A stretch of 64,000 nucleotides of DNA, filler included, from a bacterium (lineage in GTDB: Bacteria > UBA9089 > CG2-30-40-21 > SBAY01), in NCBI GenBank assembly GCA_040757115.1. It is 8 parts of 8 records of this genome, joined end to end, with 100 filler letters (N's around TTAATTAATTAA, not from the genome) between each part and the next. Parts side by side here need not be neighbours in the genome. Positions count along the whole stretch, not along the records: positions 17,357 to 25,881 come from JBFLYA010000161.1; positions 25,982 to 34,377 come from JBFLYA010000162.1; 6 more parts are not named here. One strand, written 5' to 3'. Under the pieces are notes generated by a model, which worked only from the letters and a program-made list of their open reading frames with translations, was not told the DNA's origin and ran no database searches. Positions 22,880-32,932 of this stretch are shown here, one piece after another. Position 1 is the first letter of the stretch, and the number at the start of each line of letters is the position of its first letter. The translations under genes and the position numbers were made by a program.

Positions 22880-23861
22880 AAAATTGCAATACAGCTTAGC
22901 CATAAATGAGGCAATCCATCAGATGATGGAGATTGATGAATCTGTTTTTCTTATAGGCCAGGGGGTGAAAAGTCCATGGTATGTCGGAAATACCGCCAGA
23001 GGGCTTTTGGAGAGATTTGGAGATGAGCGGGTTATTGATACCCCGGTTTCTGAAAATGCCATAACAGGTGCCGCTGTTGGTGCCGCTATTGCCGGAATGA
23101 GACCAATAGTTGTTCATCCAAGAATGGATTTTATGATGTATGCTATGGACCCCATCATTAATGAATCAGCAAATTGGCATTATATGTTTGGTGGAAATTC
23201 AACAGTGCCTGTGGTGATATGGAGTATTATCAACCGGGGTGGAGAGCAGGCCGCACAACATTCCCAGTCATTACATACCCTTTGTGCTCATATCCCGGGG
23301 TTAAAGGTTGTTATGCCTGCAACACCTTATGATGTCAAGGGACTTATGATCGCCGCCATAAAAGATGATAATCCAGTTATCTATATAGATGATAGATGGC
23401 TATATAATTTAGAAGGTGATGTTCCTGAAGAAATCTATTCAGTACCTATTGGAAAGGGTATCATCTGCAAAAAGGGTAAGGATATTACTTTAGTATCTGT
23501 ATCCTACATGGCAATTGAAGCCATAAAGGCGGCTGAATATCTTAAAAAAGAAGGAATTGATGTAGAAGTTATTGACCTTCGGTCTGTTAAACCTATTGAT
23601 AAAGAACTTTTATTTGAATCTGTAAAAAAAACAGGTAGACTTATTATTGCTGATTGTGGTTGGAAGACATGTGGATTTGCGGCTGAGATATCGGCGATGG
23701 TGTGTGAAAATATCTTTGAGTATCTTAAGTCACCGATAGCCCGAATTACCTTACCTGATACTCCAGCTCCAGCAAGTTTTGCCTTAGAAAAGGTATATTA
23801 TCCAAAGAGTGATAATATTATCGCCAAAATACAGGAGGTTCTCAAATGGGAAACCAAATAA
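22863..23861 (+). CDS. TPP-dependent dehydrogenase E1 beta-like subunit
   Basis: RVIDTPVSENAITG, AAQHSQ, EVIDLRSVKP. Confidence 0.9.
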   Translation: MSLKNRKLQYSLAINEAIHQMMEIDESVFLIGQGVKSPWYVGNTARGLLERFGDERVIDTPVSENAITGAAVGAAIAGMRPIVVHPRMDFMMYAMDPIINESANWHYMFGGNSTVPVVIWSIINRGGEQAAQHSQSLHTLCAHIPGLKVVMPATPYDVKGLMIAAIKDDNPVIYIDDRWLYNLEGDVPEEIYSVPIGKGIICKKGKDITLVSVSYMAIEAIKAAEYLKKEGIDVEVIDLRSVKPIDKELLFESVKKTGRLIIADCGWKTCGFAAEISAMVCENIFEYLKSPIARITLPDTPAPASFALEKVYYPKSDNIIAKIQEVLKWETK

Positions 23862-24955
23862 GATTCGTCAATTACCCCAGACAATATCAACAACTGAAGT
23901 CAGAGTTTGACAGCGTCTTTGAAAGGATAATGTCAAATGGTGATTTTATTCTACGGCAGGATTTAGAGGAATTTGAACATAATATTGCCCAATATGTTGG
24001 GACTAAACATGCTATTGGTGTCAATACAGGAACTGATGCCTTGTATCTTTCTGCACATGCCTTAGATTTTGGTGCAGGAGATGAAATCATTACTGTCGCT
24101 CATACATTTGTAGCTACTATTGGTGCTATTGTTCAATGTGGTGCCACACCTATACTTGTAGATATTAAAGATGATTTTAATATAGATGTTGACCAGATTG
24201 AACCCGCTATTACCCCTAAGACAAAGGGGATAATTCCAGTTCACCTTAATGGACATTCATGCAATATGGATAGGATTATGCAATTAGCACAAAAATATAA
24301 TCTTATGATTATTGAGGATGCCGCCCAGGCATTGGGTGCAAAATTCAAAGGCAAACGATGTGGCTCTTTTGGTCATACCAGCATATTTAGCTTTTATCCA
24401 GCCAAAATGTTAGGCACAGCAGGTGATGGAGGAATAATATGCACGGATGACGATAGATTGGCAAGAAAACTTAGGGCATTTCGAGATAACGGAAGGGTTG
24501 ATACGGTTGAAGTGATAGAATGTTTTGGATGGTGCAGCCGTCTTGATAACCTACATGCCGCTTTACTTAATATGAAATTCAAATATTTTGATAAATGGGT
24601 AAATCGCCGTAGAGAGATTGCCAGATTATATGATGAAGGGTTGTCAAACATTCCAGAAGTAATTACTCATCCTCGTCCAAATGATGACTACTTTGATGTA
24701 TATCAAAATTATGTCATTCGAACTAAAAGACGCAATGAATTAGCTCAATATTTGCGTAAATGTGGGATAGAAATATTAATTTCCTGGCCTACACCTCTAC
24801 ATAAACAGAAGGCTTTAGGACTTAGTGATTTCAGTTTACCTGTGACTGAACAAATATCAACTGAAGTTATTTCTCTACCAATGTATCCCGAGTTGACTGA
24901 TGATGAAGTACAAATAGTTATAGAGACTATCTATGATTTTTTTAAGAAGGAGTGA
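23846..24955 (+). CDS. DegT/DnrJ/EryC1/StrS sugar aminotransferase
   Basis: GTDAL, IEDAAQA, FSFYPAKMLGTAGDGG, SLPMYP. Confidence 0.92.
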   Translation: MGNQIRFVNYPRQYQQLKSEFDSVFERIMSNGDFILRQDLEEFEHNIAQYVGTKHAIGVNTGTDALYLSAHALDFGAGDEIITVAHTFVATIGAIVQCGATPILVDIKDDFNIDVDQIEPAITPKTKGIIPVHLNGHSCNMDRIMQLAQKYNLMIIEDAAQALGAKFKGKRCGSFGHTSIFSFYPAKMLGTAGDGGIICTDDDRLARKLRAFRDNGRVDTVEVIECFGWCSRLDNLHAALLNMKFKYFDKWVNRRREIARLYDEGLSNIPEVITHPRPNDDYFDVYQNYVIRTKRRNELAQYLRKCGIEILISWPTPLHKQKALGLSDFSLPVTEQISTEVISLPMYPELTDDEVQIVIETIYDFFKKE

Positions 24956-25733
24956 TGATAGAAATATGTCTGATTTTTCAACAGTGACAGAAATAACCGG
25001 CTATAATGTTACACAGGAACAAATAGAAAGGATGTATACTCGCTACCACTTTGCAGGTTTGTTTTGTGAAGGGAAGAATGTCCTGGAAGTCGCCTGCGGT
25101 TCTGGACAGGGGTTAGGTTATTTAACTCATAAGGCAAAAAAAGTCGTTGGGGTAGATATTGATAAAAAACTATTAGAAACTATCCAGAGACATTATAAAG
25201 ACAGGATACAACTCTTGCGAGCAAATGCACAACAATTGCCTTTTAAGGATAAAAGTTTTGATGTGGTCATCCTCTATGAGGCTATTTATTATCTATCTTG
25301 CCCGGAAAGATTTATAGAAGAATCAGCTCGCATACTTACAGATAAAGGCATTCTTCTTATTTGCACAGTCAACAAAGAATGGCATGATTTCAACCCATCT
25401 CCTTATAGTACTAAATATTTCTCTGTTAGAGAGTTATATTCTCTTTTGAAACAAAGATTTATCAATGTAGAAATTTATGGGGCATCGCCAATATCTGATG
25501 CGGTAAAGGATAAGATTATTTCCATAATAAAAAGATTTGCCGTTAAATTTCACCTGATACCAGAGACAATGAAAGGTAAGGAGTTTTTTAAAAGGATTTT
25601 CTGTGGGAAATTAGTTCCTCTGCCTCCTGAAATAAAGGATGGCATAGCAGAATACATCCCACCTGTGCCAATATCTTATGATTTACCAATTTATCAATAT
25701 AAAGTTTTATTTGCGGTAGGGAAATTAAGTTGA
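24933..25733 (+). CDS. Class I SAM-dependent methyltransferase (start may be ATG 24966)
   Basis: VLEVACGSGQG, LPFKDKSFDVV. Confidence 0.85.
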   Translation: MIFLRRSDDRNMSDFSTVTEITGYNVTQEQIERMYTRYHFAGLFCEGKNVLEVACGSGQGLGYLTHKAKKVVGVDIDKKLLETIQRHYKDRIQLLRANAQQLPFKDKSFDVVILYEAIYYLSCPERFIEESARILTDKGILLICTVNKEWHDFNPSPYSTKYFSVRELYSLLKQRFINVEIYGASPISDAVKDKIISIIKRFAVKFHLIPETMKGKEFFKRIFCGKLVPLPPEIKDGIAEYIPPVPISYDLPIYQYKVLFAVGKLS

Positions 25734-25784
25734 TAAGGAAATAAATTGACGGAGGGTAATGGGTCAGTGAAATGGGGGATTCTC

Positions 25785-25881
25785 CTGAAAGTAGGAAGTA
25801 GGAGAGTAGGAAAGTAGGAAAGGGGGAGACATTGCCCCCAGAAGAGGAATACCGTGCACATCCTTTATCCCTTTCCTACTT
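25785..25881. repeat. Short-period AGTAGG(A) tandem repeats with inverted counterpart
   Basis: AAAGTAGGAAGTAGGAGAGTAGGAAAGTAGG ... CTTTCCTACTT at contig end. Confidence 0.6.
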
Positions 25882-25981
25882 NNNNNNNNNNNNNNNNNNN
25901 NNNNNNNNNNNNNNNNNNNNNNNNNTTAATTAATTAANNNNNNNNNNNNNNNNNNNNNNNNNNNNNNNNNNNNNNNNNNNN

Positions 25982-26147
25982 TTACCCAATAGAATACTGC
26001 ACAAGAAATAAGGAAGGACATAAAAATAGCCCCAATGGAGACATAAGAACTTAAATCCTTATTCTTCCGTGTCCAAAATACGATTATCGGCACGGCTAAT
26101 AATGGTAAAGTTGGCACCCACCAGGTATAAGAAAGCATAATATTCAC
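25982..26147 (-). CDS. nuoL: NADH-quinone oxidoreductase subunit L, 5' fragment
   Basis: WWVPTLPLLA...SSYVSIGAIFMSFLIS N-terminus, downstream of nuoK; cut by contig end. Confidence 0.6.
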
Positions 26148-26584
26148 TCCTTTTGTTTATTTTCTTCTCTTTTCAATATAGAAGTTAATAATCTCTCAAT
26201 CAAAGGGCAATTAGTTTTATACATATTTATTACCTGCCATTTAAGATTGAGATAACGGTGAACTAACCGATTTCTGGCAATAGCTAATTGAGCCATATTT
26301 TGTTGTTCTTCATCTGTCAAACCAAATAAGTTAGCACACTTTTGCATTACCTCAGCATAATTTTCTACGGCAATACCTTCTTGTGTCAGGAGACTTCCAC
26401 TTATTTCAATAAGTGCAGTAAGAATATTTTCAACCGTCCTTTCCATAATCTTCTGAAGTTCTCTATCTTTCTCATATTCCTCCCATGTCTTATCTGCATA
26501 TTTTGTATCAAATTCTTTCATCTCATCAGAGATAAATTGGAGGGATTCGATAATTCTTCCTTTTGCATACTCAAACTTAGCCAT
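26144..26584 (-). CDS. HEPN/DUF86 RNase toxin (HepT-like)
   Basis: RNRLVH = RxxxxH motif; paired with upstream MNT. Confidence 0.85.
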   Translation of the reverse strand: MAKFEYAKGRIIESLQFISDEMKEFDTKYADKTWEEYEKDRELQKIMERTVENILTALIEISGSLLTQEGIAVENYAEVMQKCANLFGLTDEEQQNMAQLAIARNRLVHRYLNLKWQVINMYKTNCPLIERLLTSILKREENKQKE

Positions 26585-27029
26585 ACTTTAGTGCCTCCAA
26601 ATTTTTCCGCGTCATTTCTATCTGCCATTTTATCCCAAATATACTAAAATCTTCCATCTGAAATATAGCTTCGTTCTTTAATTTAACATATTCTTGAAAA
26701 TCGTTAATGTATATTGGGGTACTTAGAATAATGGCATTATAATAGAGCATAGGTTTTCTAAAATCCCTATAAATTGGAAGTATATTTACCTCTTTATTAA
26801 TCTTTGAAGAGAGGTGATATGAAATATCCATAATAATATTGAATATTTCATCATCTGATAGTGACTCTGGTAATAACACAGCTAAATCTACATCTGAATC
26901 TTGTCTGGGATAACCAGTTGCCCATGAACCGTATAAAAAGACCATCTCACTTTTATAATCCGCTGCCTTTTCTTTAAAAAATGTTTTTAATGTTGAAATA
27001 AAGGTATCTTTATCTTGTTGAGTAATCAT
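26577..27029 (-). CDS. Minimal nucleotidyltransferase antitoxin (MntA-like)
   Basis: FLYGSWATG....SDVDLAV. Confidence 0.85.
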   Translation of the reverse strand: MITQQDKDTFISTLKTFFKEKAADYKSEMVFLYGSWATGYPRQDSDVDLAVLLPESLSDDEIFNIIMDISYHLSSKINKEVNILPIYRDFRKPMLYYNAIILSTPIYINDFQEYVKLKNEAIFQMEDFSIFGIKWQIEMTRKNLEALKYG

Positions 27030-27064
27030 TTAAGACCTCTTTCTAACAAACACAAAAGGTTTGT

Positions 27065-27490
27065 TTAATAAAGATCTGTAATCCACTTTCCCTCATGTTC
27101 GGGATTAGGAATTATTCTCTGTGATTTTGTATCAACAACAAAATCCATATCTTCTAATACCAGGTACCCAATTAGAGGCGGTGTAGATGCATCATTTTCC
27201 ATCACCTGCATTTCAATGTCTCTATCCTGAATAATGATAATTGCTCCCCTAAAGATACGGCGATTTACCCGTCCATTGGCAGTTGATATTTCTCGTGTAT
27301 GGGAATATAATAATCCTAATCTTTCAATTATATCTGGCGGCAGACATAGATATGCGGCACCAGTATCCACTATTCCCTCAATTTCAACACTCCTTATTTC
27401 ATTTTCTCTAATCATCCCTTTAGTCTGCAATACCACATCTGCAAAATTTTTAACTACAACCTTTTCAACAGTTCTTCCCATTTTACCCAC
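27065..27490 (-). CDS. Clan AA (retropepsin-like) aspartic protease, AF_0612 type
   Basis: IVDTGA catalytic motif, LIGYLVLEDMDFVVD. Confidence 0.85.
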   Translation of the reverse strand: MGKMGRTVEKVVVKNFADVVLQTKGMIRENEIRSVEIEGIVDTGAAYLCLPPDIIERLGLLYSHTREISTANGRVNRRIFRGAIIIIQDRDIEMQVMENDASTPPLIGYLVLEDMDFVVDTKSQRIIPNPEHEGKWITDLY

Positions 27491-27499
27491 CTCTTCTTT

Positions 27500-27805
27500 T
27501 CACCACTTCATCAAATTTATCTTCTCCATATTGACTGTTTTTATATGGCGATAGATAGCGATAATGATAGCCAAACCAACGGCGGCTTCTGCGGCGGCTA
27601 TGGTTATGGTAAATATAGTAAATATCTGACCGGTTAGTTCATTTGGGGTAACATATTTTGAGAAGGCAACTAAATTGATATTGACCGCATTTAACATTAT
27701 CTCAATGCACAAAAGTATGCCAATGGCATTTCTACGAGTTAAAGCACCATACACTCCAATGGCAAAAAGTATAGCCGATAGAATAAGATAATGCGATAAA
27801 GTCAT
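27500..27805 (-). CDS. nuoK: NADH-quinone oxidoreductase subunit K
   Basis: [29 protein letters not shown]. Confidence 0.95.
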   Translation of the reverse strand: MTLSHYLILSAILFAIGVYGALTRRNAIGILLCIEIMLNAVNINLVAFSKYVTPNELTGQIFTIFTITIAAAEAAVGLAIIIAIYRHIKTVNMEKINLMKW

Positions 27806-27879
27806 TGTCTTTTATCCTTCCTTTTTAAATTTATGATTTTAGATTGATGATTACTAACTTCAATCCTCATCATCAATTG

Positions 27880-28410
27880 TTAATTTGCTAATTCAGTAAG
27901 CTGTTTTATGTTAGTTTTTATTTTTTCATAAATCTCGCACAGTTTATTAGATATTTCAAAGAGTTTATTTATGCCATCTACAATATCTTTTTCTTCTTCG
28001 CTGTATTCATGGGTAAGGATATTTCTCAATTTTCTAAGTATAATCCATTCCTGTGCACTCTCAATTATCTTAAGTTTTTCTGCTCTGTTTAATACATCAA
28101 TAAAAGGGCTGTCTTCTATATCTTCGCCAAGATTCACCAGTAAAATCTTTAATAATCTACCTGCGGTATCCTGAAGTTTGCCAAAGCGATATGACATCTG
28201 GTCTATATATGAGATTTCCTGCTCTGTAAGTTTCTCATATTTTTCTATACTTAAAGGGACTATCTGTTGAAGGACATCTATTCCCGAAATAAGTCTTTTC
28301 ATATGAAGGTTACAGATAGATATGTAAAACTTCAAATTCTCCTGACTAAAATTATATTCTAACCCCTGTTGATTTTGCATATTTATAAATTGGTTCTTTT
28401 CGTGTTTCAT
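27880..28410 (-). CDS. HEPN-type (nucleotidyltransferase substrate-binding) protein; start uncertain
   Basis: YRFGKLQD, FIDVLNRAEKL, LRNILTHEY (RxxxxH). Confidence 0.8.
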   Translation of the reverse strand: MKHEKNQFINMQNQQGLEYNFSQENLKFYISICNLHMKRLISGIDVLQQIVPLSIEKYEKLTEQEISYIDQMSYRFGKLQDTAGRLLKILLVNLGEDIEDSPFIDVLNRAEKLKIIESAQEWIILRKLRNILTHEYSEEEKDIVDGINKLFEISNKLCEIYEKIKTNIKQLTELAN

Positions 28411-28651
28411 TTCTTTTTTTAACCACCAAATCTATTTTTTGGTCTCCTAATGCGATTTCAAGGTTTGCAAGGAATCTTGCCTTTGCTTCAATAATCTCCG
28501 GTGCGATTGAGGTTTCAATATAGATATCAATATCTCCACCCCTTTTTGTATTGTCAATTCTGGAGCCAAAGATAGCTACCTCGCAATCCTTGCCAAAATA
28601 TTCTATGGCAAGTTTCTTGATTAGTTTTAATATCTCTTCTTTAATTCGCAA
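28352..28651 (-). CDS. Minimal nucleotidyltransferase
   Basis: IFGSRID..KRGGDIDI, QKIDLV. Confidence 0.88.
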   Translation of the reverse strand: MRIKEEILKLIKKLAIEYFGKDCEVAIFGSRIDNTKRGGDIDIYIETSIAPEIIEAKARFLANLEIALGDQKIDLVVKKRNETRKEPIYKYAKSTGVRI

Positions 28652-28760
28652 TTTCTATGACCTTTTTAACTCTATTGCACTTGAATAGAGCGCCCTCTGG
28701 TTCATCGTTCATCGTAGTTTATAGAGTTTCTAACTCATTAATTTGCTAATCTCTAATCCG

Positions 28761-29264
28761 CTAATTCTCTTCTTTTTTCGCAATCACAATTGCACCAATC
28801 AGACAGGCTAATAATACCAATGAGATTAACTCAAAAGGAAAAACATAGGTAGTTAAAAGCAAATTACCAATTTTAGCGGTAGTATTAACCACTTCTGAAG
28901 TGGGAGTAACATTCCAGGTTGTCTTCGTCAGCACCGTGATTAAAAGGAATAACAGAAGTCCGGCTAAAATAGCCGAAGTGCTCTTTTGTTCATTGGTTTG
29001 TTTTATACCTTTGTCTGAAATTCTATAAGTCAACATAATTAAGAATAGAAATAAGACAATAATTGCACCAACATAGATTAATACCTGCACCAGAGCAATA
29101 AATTCTGCCCATAGGGTAATGTATAATCCTGCCAGTGTCAATAGCAAAAGTGCTAAAGAAACGACACAATGCACCAGACTTCTCAGACTAACAACTAAAA
29201 TAGCACTTATAACGGCAATTCCTGCCAGGATATAAAATGTTATCATACTACCAACGCCTTCCAT
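28761..29264 (-). CDS. nuoJ: NADH-quinone oxidoreductase subunit J
   Basis: AEFIALVQVLIYVGAIIVLFLF, YVFPFELISLVLL. Confidence 0.95.
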   Translation of the reverse strand: MEGVGSMITFYILAGIAVISAILVVSLRSLVHCVVSLALLLLTLAGLYITLWAEFIALVQVLIYVGAIIVLFLFLIMLTYRISDKGIKQTNEQKSTSAILAGLLLFLLITVLTKTTWNVTPTSEVVNTTAKIGNLLLTTYVFPFELISLVLLACLIGAIVIAKKEEN

Positions 29265-29276
29265 TAAATTTCTCCT

Positions 29277-29753
29277 TTAACAATCGTAATTTTTAAGAAA
29301 TTCATCCACCAGATAAATAGACAGTTCCTTTCGTGAAACCATTTTTTCTTTTAATCTATTATCTGTAGTCAGAATACAACTTTTTGTTGATATAGCAGCT
29401 TTAACTAAATACAAATCATCTTCTGGTGTTTCTTGTATTAGTTCTGAAGATAATGGAATTAAATTATTTTCTTCAAGTATCTCAAATTTTTTACTATTAG
29501 TCCGAAATTGATAAATAAAATTTTTTACCAAACTTCTAATTTCAGGTCTCCAATTACCTGATTCTTTTGCTATCCCCCATATTTTTTTCTCTAACTTTCC
29601 TCCCTTTATTATAACGAATTTATCGCATTTTTCAAAAACCTTCTGTAAAAATTCAAACACTATCTTTTGTTTTTCAGGTGTTGACTCTTTAGGTGATATA
29701 AAATGAATTATCCACTCATCAATAACGATATTCAATCTGTCTCTATGTTTCAC
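29277..29753 (-). CDS. PIN-like domain protein
   Basis: IVIDEWI..., DDLYLVKAA...ILTTDNRL acidic motifs. Confidence 0.6.
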   Translation of the reverse strand: MKHRDRLNIVIDEWIIHFISPKESTPEKQKIVFEFLQKVFEKCDKFVIIKGGKLEKKIWGIAKESGNWRPEIRSLVKNFIYQFRTNSKKFEILEENNLIPLSSELIQETPEDDLYLVKAAISTKSCILTTDNRLKEKMVSRKELSIYLVDEFLKNYDC

Positions 29754-30932
29754 CTATTTTACTCCTAAAATATCCTTAAGGTCTTCTAACTCTCCTTCCA
29801 TAAAAGAAGTCAATCCACCTTCAATCTGGCCATTATCATTTATCCCTTGATATTCAAATTTACTTTCGCGGTTATCTTTCGTGCATAAATAGCAAGATAA
29901 ATTATTCGGTTCAAGTTCTTTTTTAGCGACGGCGCTAAGTAGAGCTAACACAAAATGTTCACTATGAGTAGAGATAATAATTGTTTTCTTTAAGTCCTTA
30001 GTCATTCGGATTAAGGCATAAGCAAGATTCCTTAATGCCTTTGGATGTAAATGAATTTCTGGTTCTTCAATACATACCACCGCCGTATCTCTATAAAGAC
30101 ATTTTGCCAGTAAATAAACCACTTGATTGATGCCAAATCCATCGTTAACTAATTCTGTGGTTAATCCGGTTGTTTTATCAAGGGTATTAAGCCAGAAGAG
30201 ATTAGTTCCTGGTGTCATTTTGACCCGCAAGTCCTTTTGAAGGATTTGTTCAAGATAATGACTGACTTCACCTTCCAGATACGGTTCATTGGCTAAAAGA
30301 GTGGCTACTTCATCTTCTGTAAATACTGGAGGAGCAAGTGAAACTATTCCATAATGTGGTTTTGAAAATCCTCGTTTTAGATGCACAAAATCAGTTTTCC
30401 TGATAATCTCTATATGAGCATTAAGTAGAGTAGCTAATTCCTGAGAAGAACAGGAGGTTATATGTTGTGTTGGTATACTTTTTACTTGAGCAAGAATTCC
30501 ATTCCAGGTTATTGAGAATCCTTCTATATCTACCGTTTCTTGTTGATTTGTAGGATAAGGGAATGTTATTTCAAGGTCAAGTGTAATATTCCATGGTAAA
30601 ATTATGAGTCCGAACCTTCCATTTTTTTTACTCAGGCTAATTCTATAAAAGACCTGTATTGAATTATATTCGCAATTAATTCCTAATTTAATTTGTTCCT
30701 CAACACTATGATTAAACACTATTTGTTCAAACCCACCAAAATTGCTAAATCCAAGATTAAAAAAGCTATCAGTAGTTTGATTAGGATTAAGAACAATATT
30801 TTTAAGAATTGCCAGGGAATGCATAATCGTCGATTTTCCAGAGCCATTTGGACCATAAAGTAGTGTTATCGGAGCAATTTGAATTATCTGTTTCTTAATA
30901 GACCTTAAATTTTCAATTTCAATATTTAACAT
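29754..30932 (-). CDS. AAA_21/AbiEii-like ABC-type ATPase (DUF3696-type C-terminus)
   Basis: GPNGSGKST, GFGINQV, IEEPEIHLHP, ISTHSEH. Confidence 0.85.
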   Translation of the reverse strand: MLNIEIENLRSIKKQIIQIAPITLLYGPNGSGKSTIMHSLAILKNIVLNPNQTTDSFFNLGFSNFGGFEQIVFNHSVEEQIKLGINCEYNSIQVFYRISLSKKNGRFGLIILPWNITLDLEITFPYPTNQQETVDIEGFSITWNGILAQVKSIPTQHITSCSSQELATLLNAHIEIIRKTDFVHLKRGFSKPHYGIVSLAPPVFTEDEVATLLANEPYLEGEVSHYLEQILQKDLRVKMTPGTNLFWLNTLDKTTGLTTELVNDGFGINQVVYLLAKCLYRDTAVVCIEEPEIHLHPKALRNLAYALIRMTKDLKKTIIISTHSEHFVLALLSAVAKKELEPNNLSCYLCTKDNRESKFEYQGINDNGQIEGGLTSFMEGELEDLKDILGVK

Positions 30933-30933
30933 T

Positions 30934-32001
30934 TTAAATACCTCGTGAACTAAATACCATCAGTAACCCCGTAATAATTATATTAATAAATCCCAGTGGA
31001 ACTAAGAATTTCCAGCCAAAGGTCATTAATTGGTCGACGCGTAGTCTGGGATAAGTCCATCTAATCCACATCATTACAAAGACGATGGCATAGGTTTTAG
31101 CTAAAAACCAGATAATTGGTGGTAATGTAACCGGGATTTCTGGTATTGCTTGCCAACCACCCAAAAATAAACTTGTGCAAATTGCACAGACAACAAACAT
31201 ATTTGCGTATTCAGCTAAGAAAAACATAGCAAATTTTATACCGCCGTATTCGGTATGGAAACCGGCGACAAGTTCTGATTCTGCCTCCGGGATGTCAAAT
31301 GGTGCTCGATTGCATTCAGCCGTAGCCGCAATTAAATAAAGTAAAAAGCCAAGTGGTTGATAGCAGATATACCAGATATTTCTCTGGGCATCAACTATAT
31401 CGCCCATTTTTAAAGAACCAGCTATCATCACTATCCCTAAGAGAGATAACACAATTGCGACTTCGTAACTTACCACCTGAGCCGCACTTCGCATCCCACC
31501 AAGTAATGAATATTTATTGCCCGATGACCAACCAGCCATAATTATTCCAATACTTCCAATACTACTCACGGCTAAAAGATATAATAGCCCAAGATTCAAA
31601 TCTCTAACGATAATTCCAGGTGACCAGGGAAGCACCACATAACACATTATCGCCGGGAAAAAGACGATTATCGGTGACAGGAAAAACATTGTTTTATCCG
31701 CCGCCTTTGGCATTAAGTTTTCTTTCAAAACAAGTTTAACGGCATCGGCGGCTGTTTGTAAAATGCCGTGAAATCCAACCCGCATTGGTCCCAGTCTATC
31801 CTGGATATGAGCGGCTATTTTGCGTTCAGCTAAAACTAACATCATCGTATTAACTGCCACAAATCCAGCAAGTATTCCTGCCACGATAACCATAATTCCC
31901 ACAGTTAATACAATAAATGGGATATTATAATCCCAGCATAACTTTTGTAAGAAAATATAGATTCTATCAATTAATTCTTGTGTCTTAAATAATAACTCCA
32001 T
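30934..32001 (-). CDS. nuoH: NADH-quinone oxidoreductase subunit H
   Basis: ERKIAAHIQDRLGP, NRAPFDIPEAESELVAGFHTEY, PRLRVDQLM. Confidence 0.97.
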   Translation of the reverse strand: MELLFKTQELIDRIYIFLQKLCWDYNIPFIVLTVGIMVIVAGILAGFVAVNTMMLVLAERKIAAHIQDRLGPMRVGFHGILQTAADAVKLVLKENLMPKAADKTMFFLSPIIVFFPAIMCYVVLPWSPGIIVRDLNLGLLYLLAVSSIGSIGIIMAGWSSGNKYSLLGGMRSAAQVVSYEVAIVLSLLGIVMIAGSLKMGDIVDAQRNIWYICYQPLGFLLYLIAATAECNRAPFDIPEAESELVAGFHTEYGGIKFAMFFLAEYANMFVVCAICTSLFLGGWQAIPEIPVTLPPIIWFLAKTYAIVFVMMWIRWTYPRLRVDQLMTFGWKFLVPLGFINIIITGLLMVFSSRGI

Positions 32002-32042
32002 CTTATCTACCCCCGTTCATAACCGTTCTCCTGAAAATAGTT

Positions 32043-32110
32043 AATTAGAGATTAGAGAATTAGTGAATTAGAACCTGCACTCTTGCTAATCTCCAATCTC
32101 TAATCTCTAT
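32043..32110. repeat. Inverted short-period repeat (GATTAGA / TCTAATC type)
   Basis: AATTAGAGATTAGAGAATTAGTGAATTAG ... CTAATCTCCAATCTCTAATCTCT; related tracts at 28730-28765, 34695-34720, 50510-50615. Confidence 0.6.
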
Positions 32111-32119
32111 GCTCAATTT

Positions 32120-32626
32120 TCATCCCCTTTTGTGCCCACTCACGGTGGGCATGGCCGTTTCTTCTGTTAACAACATTTTTCTGCCTATCGTTTCACTAAA
32201 CGACTTTGTTTTTTCTATAATCTCTATCAACTTGTGGCTATATTCAATAACAGCCTCAAATATTTCAGTAATATCATCTACCCTATATTCATGAGAGATT
32301 TCATTCCTTAAATCCCTTATCAATTTTAATTCTTCAGCAGAGGATATTTCCAGTTTTTCAAACAAATTTACTCTATCTATAAAAGTATTTGCTTCTTCTC
32401 TTAAAATAAGGATTATCCCCTTCATTATCTTTTGAGTGTAAATATCACTTGTTCTGGCAAATCTCGAAGTAAGGCTTTCAAATCTATCAAGCTCTTCCAG
32501 AGAGTAATCTGTCTTTATCCCAATTTTTTCACACTCCTGCAATGAATGTTGCAACATTTTAACTGCCATATCCAGCCTATTAAGGTCTTTTTTTAACTCT
32601 TCTCTGATTAATGCTTCGGTTCTCAC
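32120..32626 (-). CDS. HEPN-type protein
   Basis: FESLTSRFARTSD, LRNEISHEY (RxxxxH). Confidence 0.82.
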   Translation of the reverse strand: MRTEALIREELKKDLNRLDMAVKMLQHSLQECEKIGIKTDYSLEELDRFESLTSRFARTSDIYTQKIMKGIILILREEANTFIDRVNLFEKLEISSAEELKLIRDLRNEISHEYRVDDITEIFEAVIEYSHKLIEIIEKTKSFSETIGRKMLLTEETAMPTVSGHKRG

Positions 32627-32910
32627 AGCCTTATCCCTTCCTGCAAAACCAGTTCTTTAAACGCATCGTTCTCATTAAACATAGAAGATACTATGTCAAT
32701 TTTTTGCTCGCCAAATTTCTCAAAATATCGCCATTTTATTTTGGCTTTTTCCTTCCATCTTATTTTCCTGTCAGATAGAATCATAATATCTATATCTCCA
32801 CCCTTTTTTTTGTCATCTACCCGTGAACCAAAAAGATAAACTACTGCATCTGGAACAAGAAGCAAAATCTCCCTTTTAAGAAACTCTAGTTGTTCTGCTG
32901 AAATTCTCAT
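32623..32910 (-). CDS. Minimal nucleotidyltransferase
   Basis: YLFGSRVDDKKKGGDIDI, FGEQKIDI. Confidence 0.88.
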   Translation of the reverse strand: MRISAEQLEFLKREILLLVPDAVVYLFGSRVDDKKKGGDIDIMILSDRKIRWKEKAKIKWRYFEKFGEQKIDIVSSMFNENDAFKELVLQEGIRL

Positions 32911-32932
32911 TTTAATTTTCTCTGTCTATAGT

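Noticed and set aside
21893-23861. pdhA/pdhB gene symbols
   Set aside because: No E2/E3 and a polysaccharide context; orthology to pyruvate dehydrogenase is not supported.
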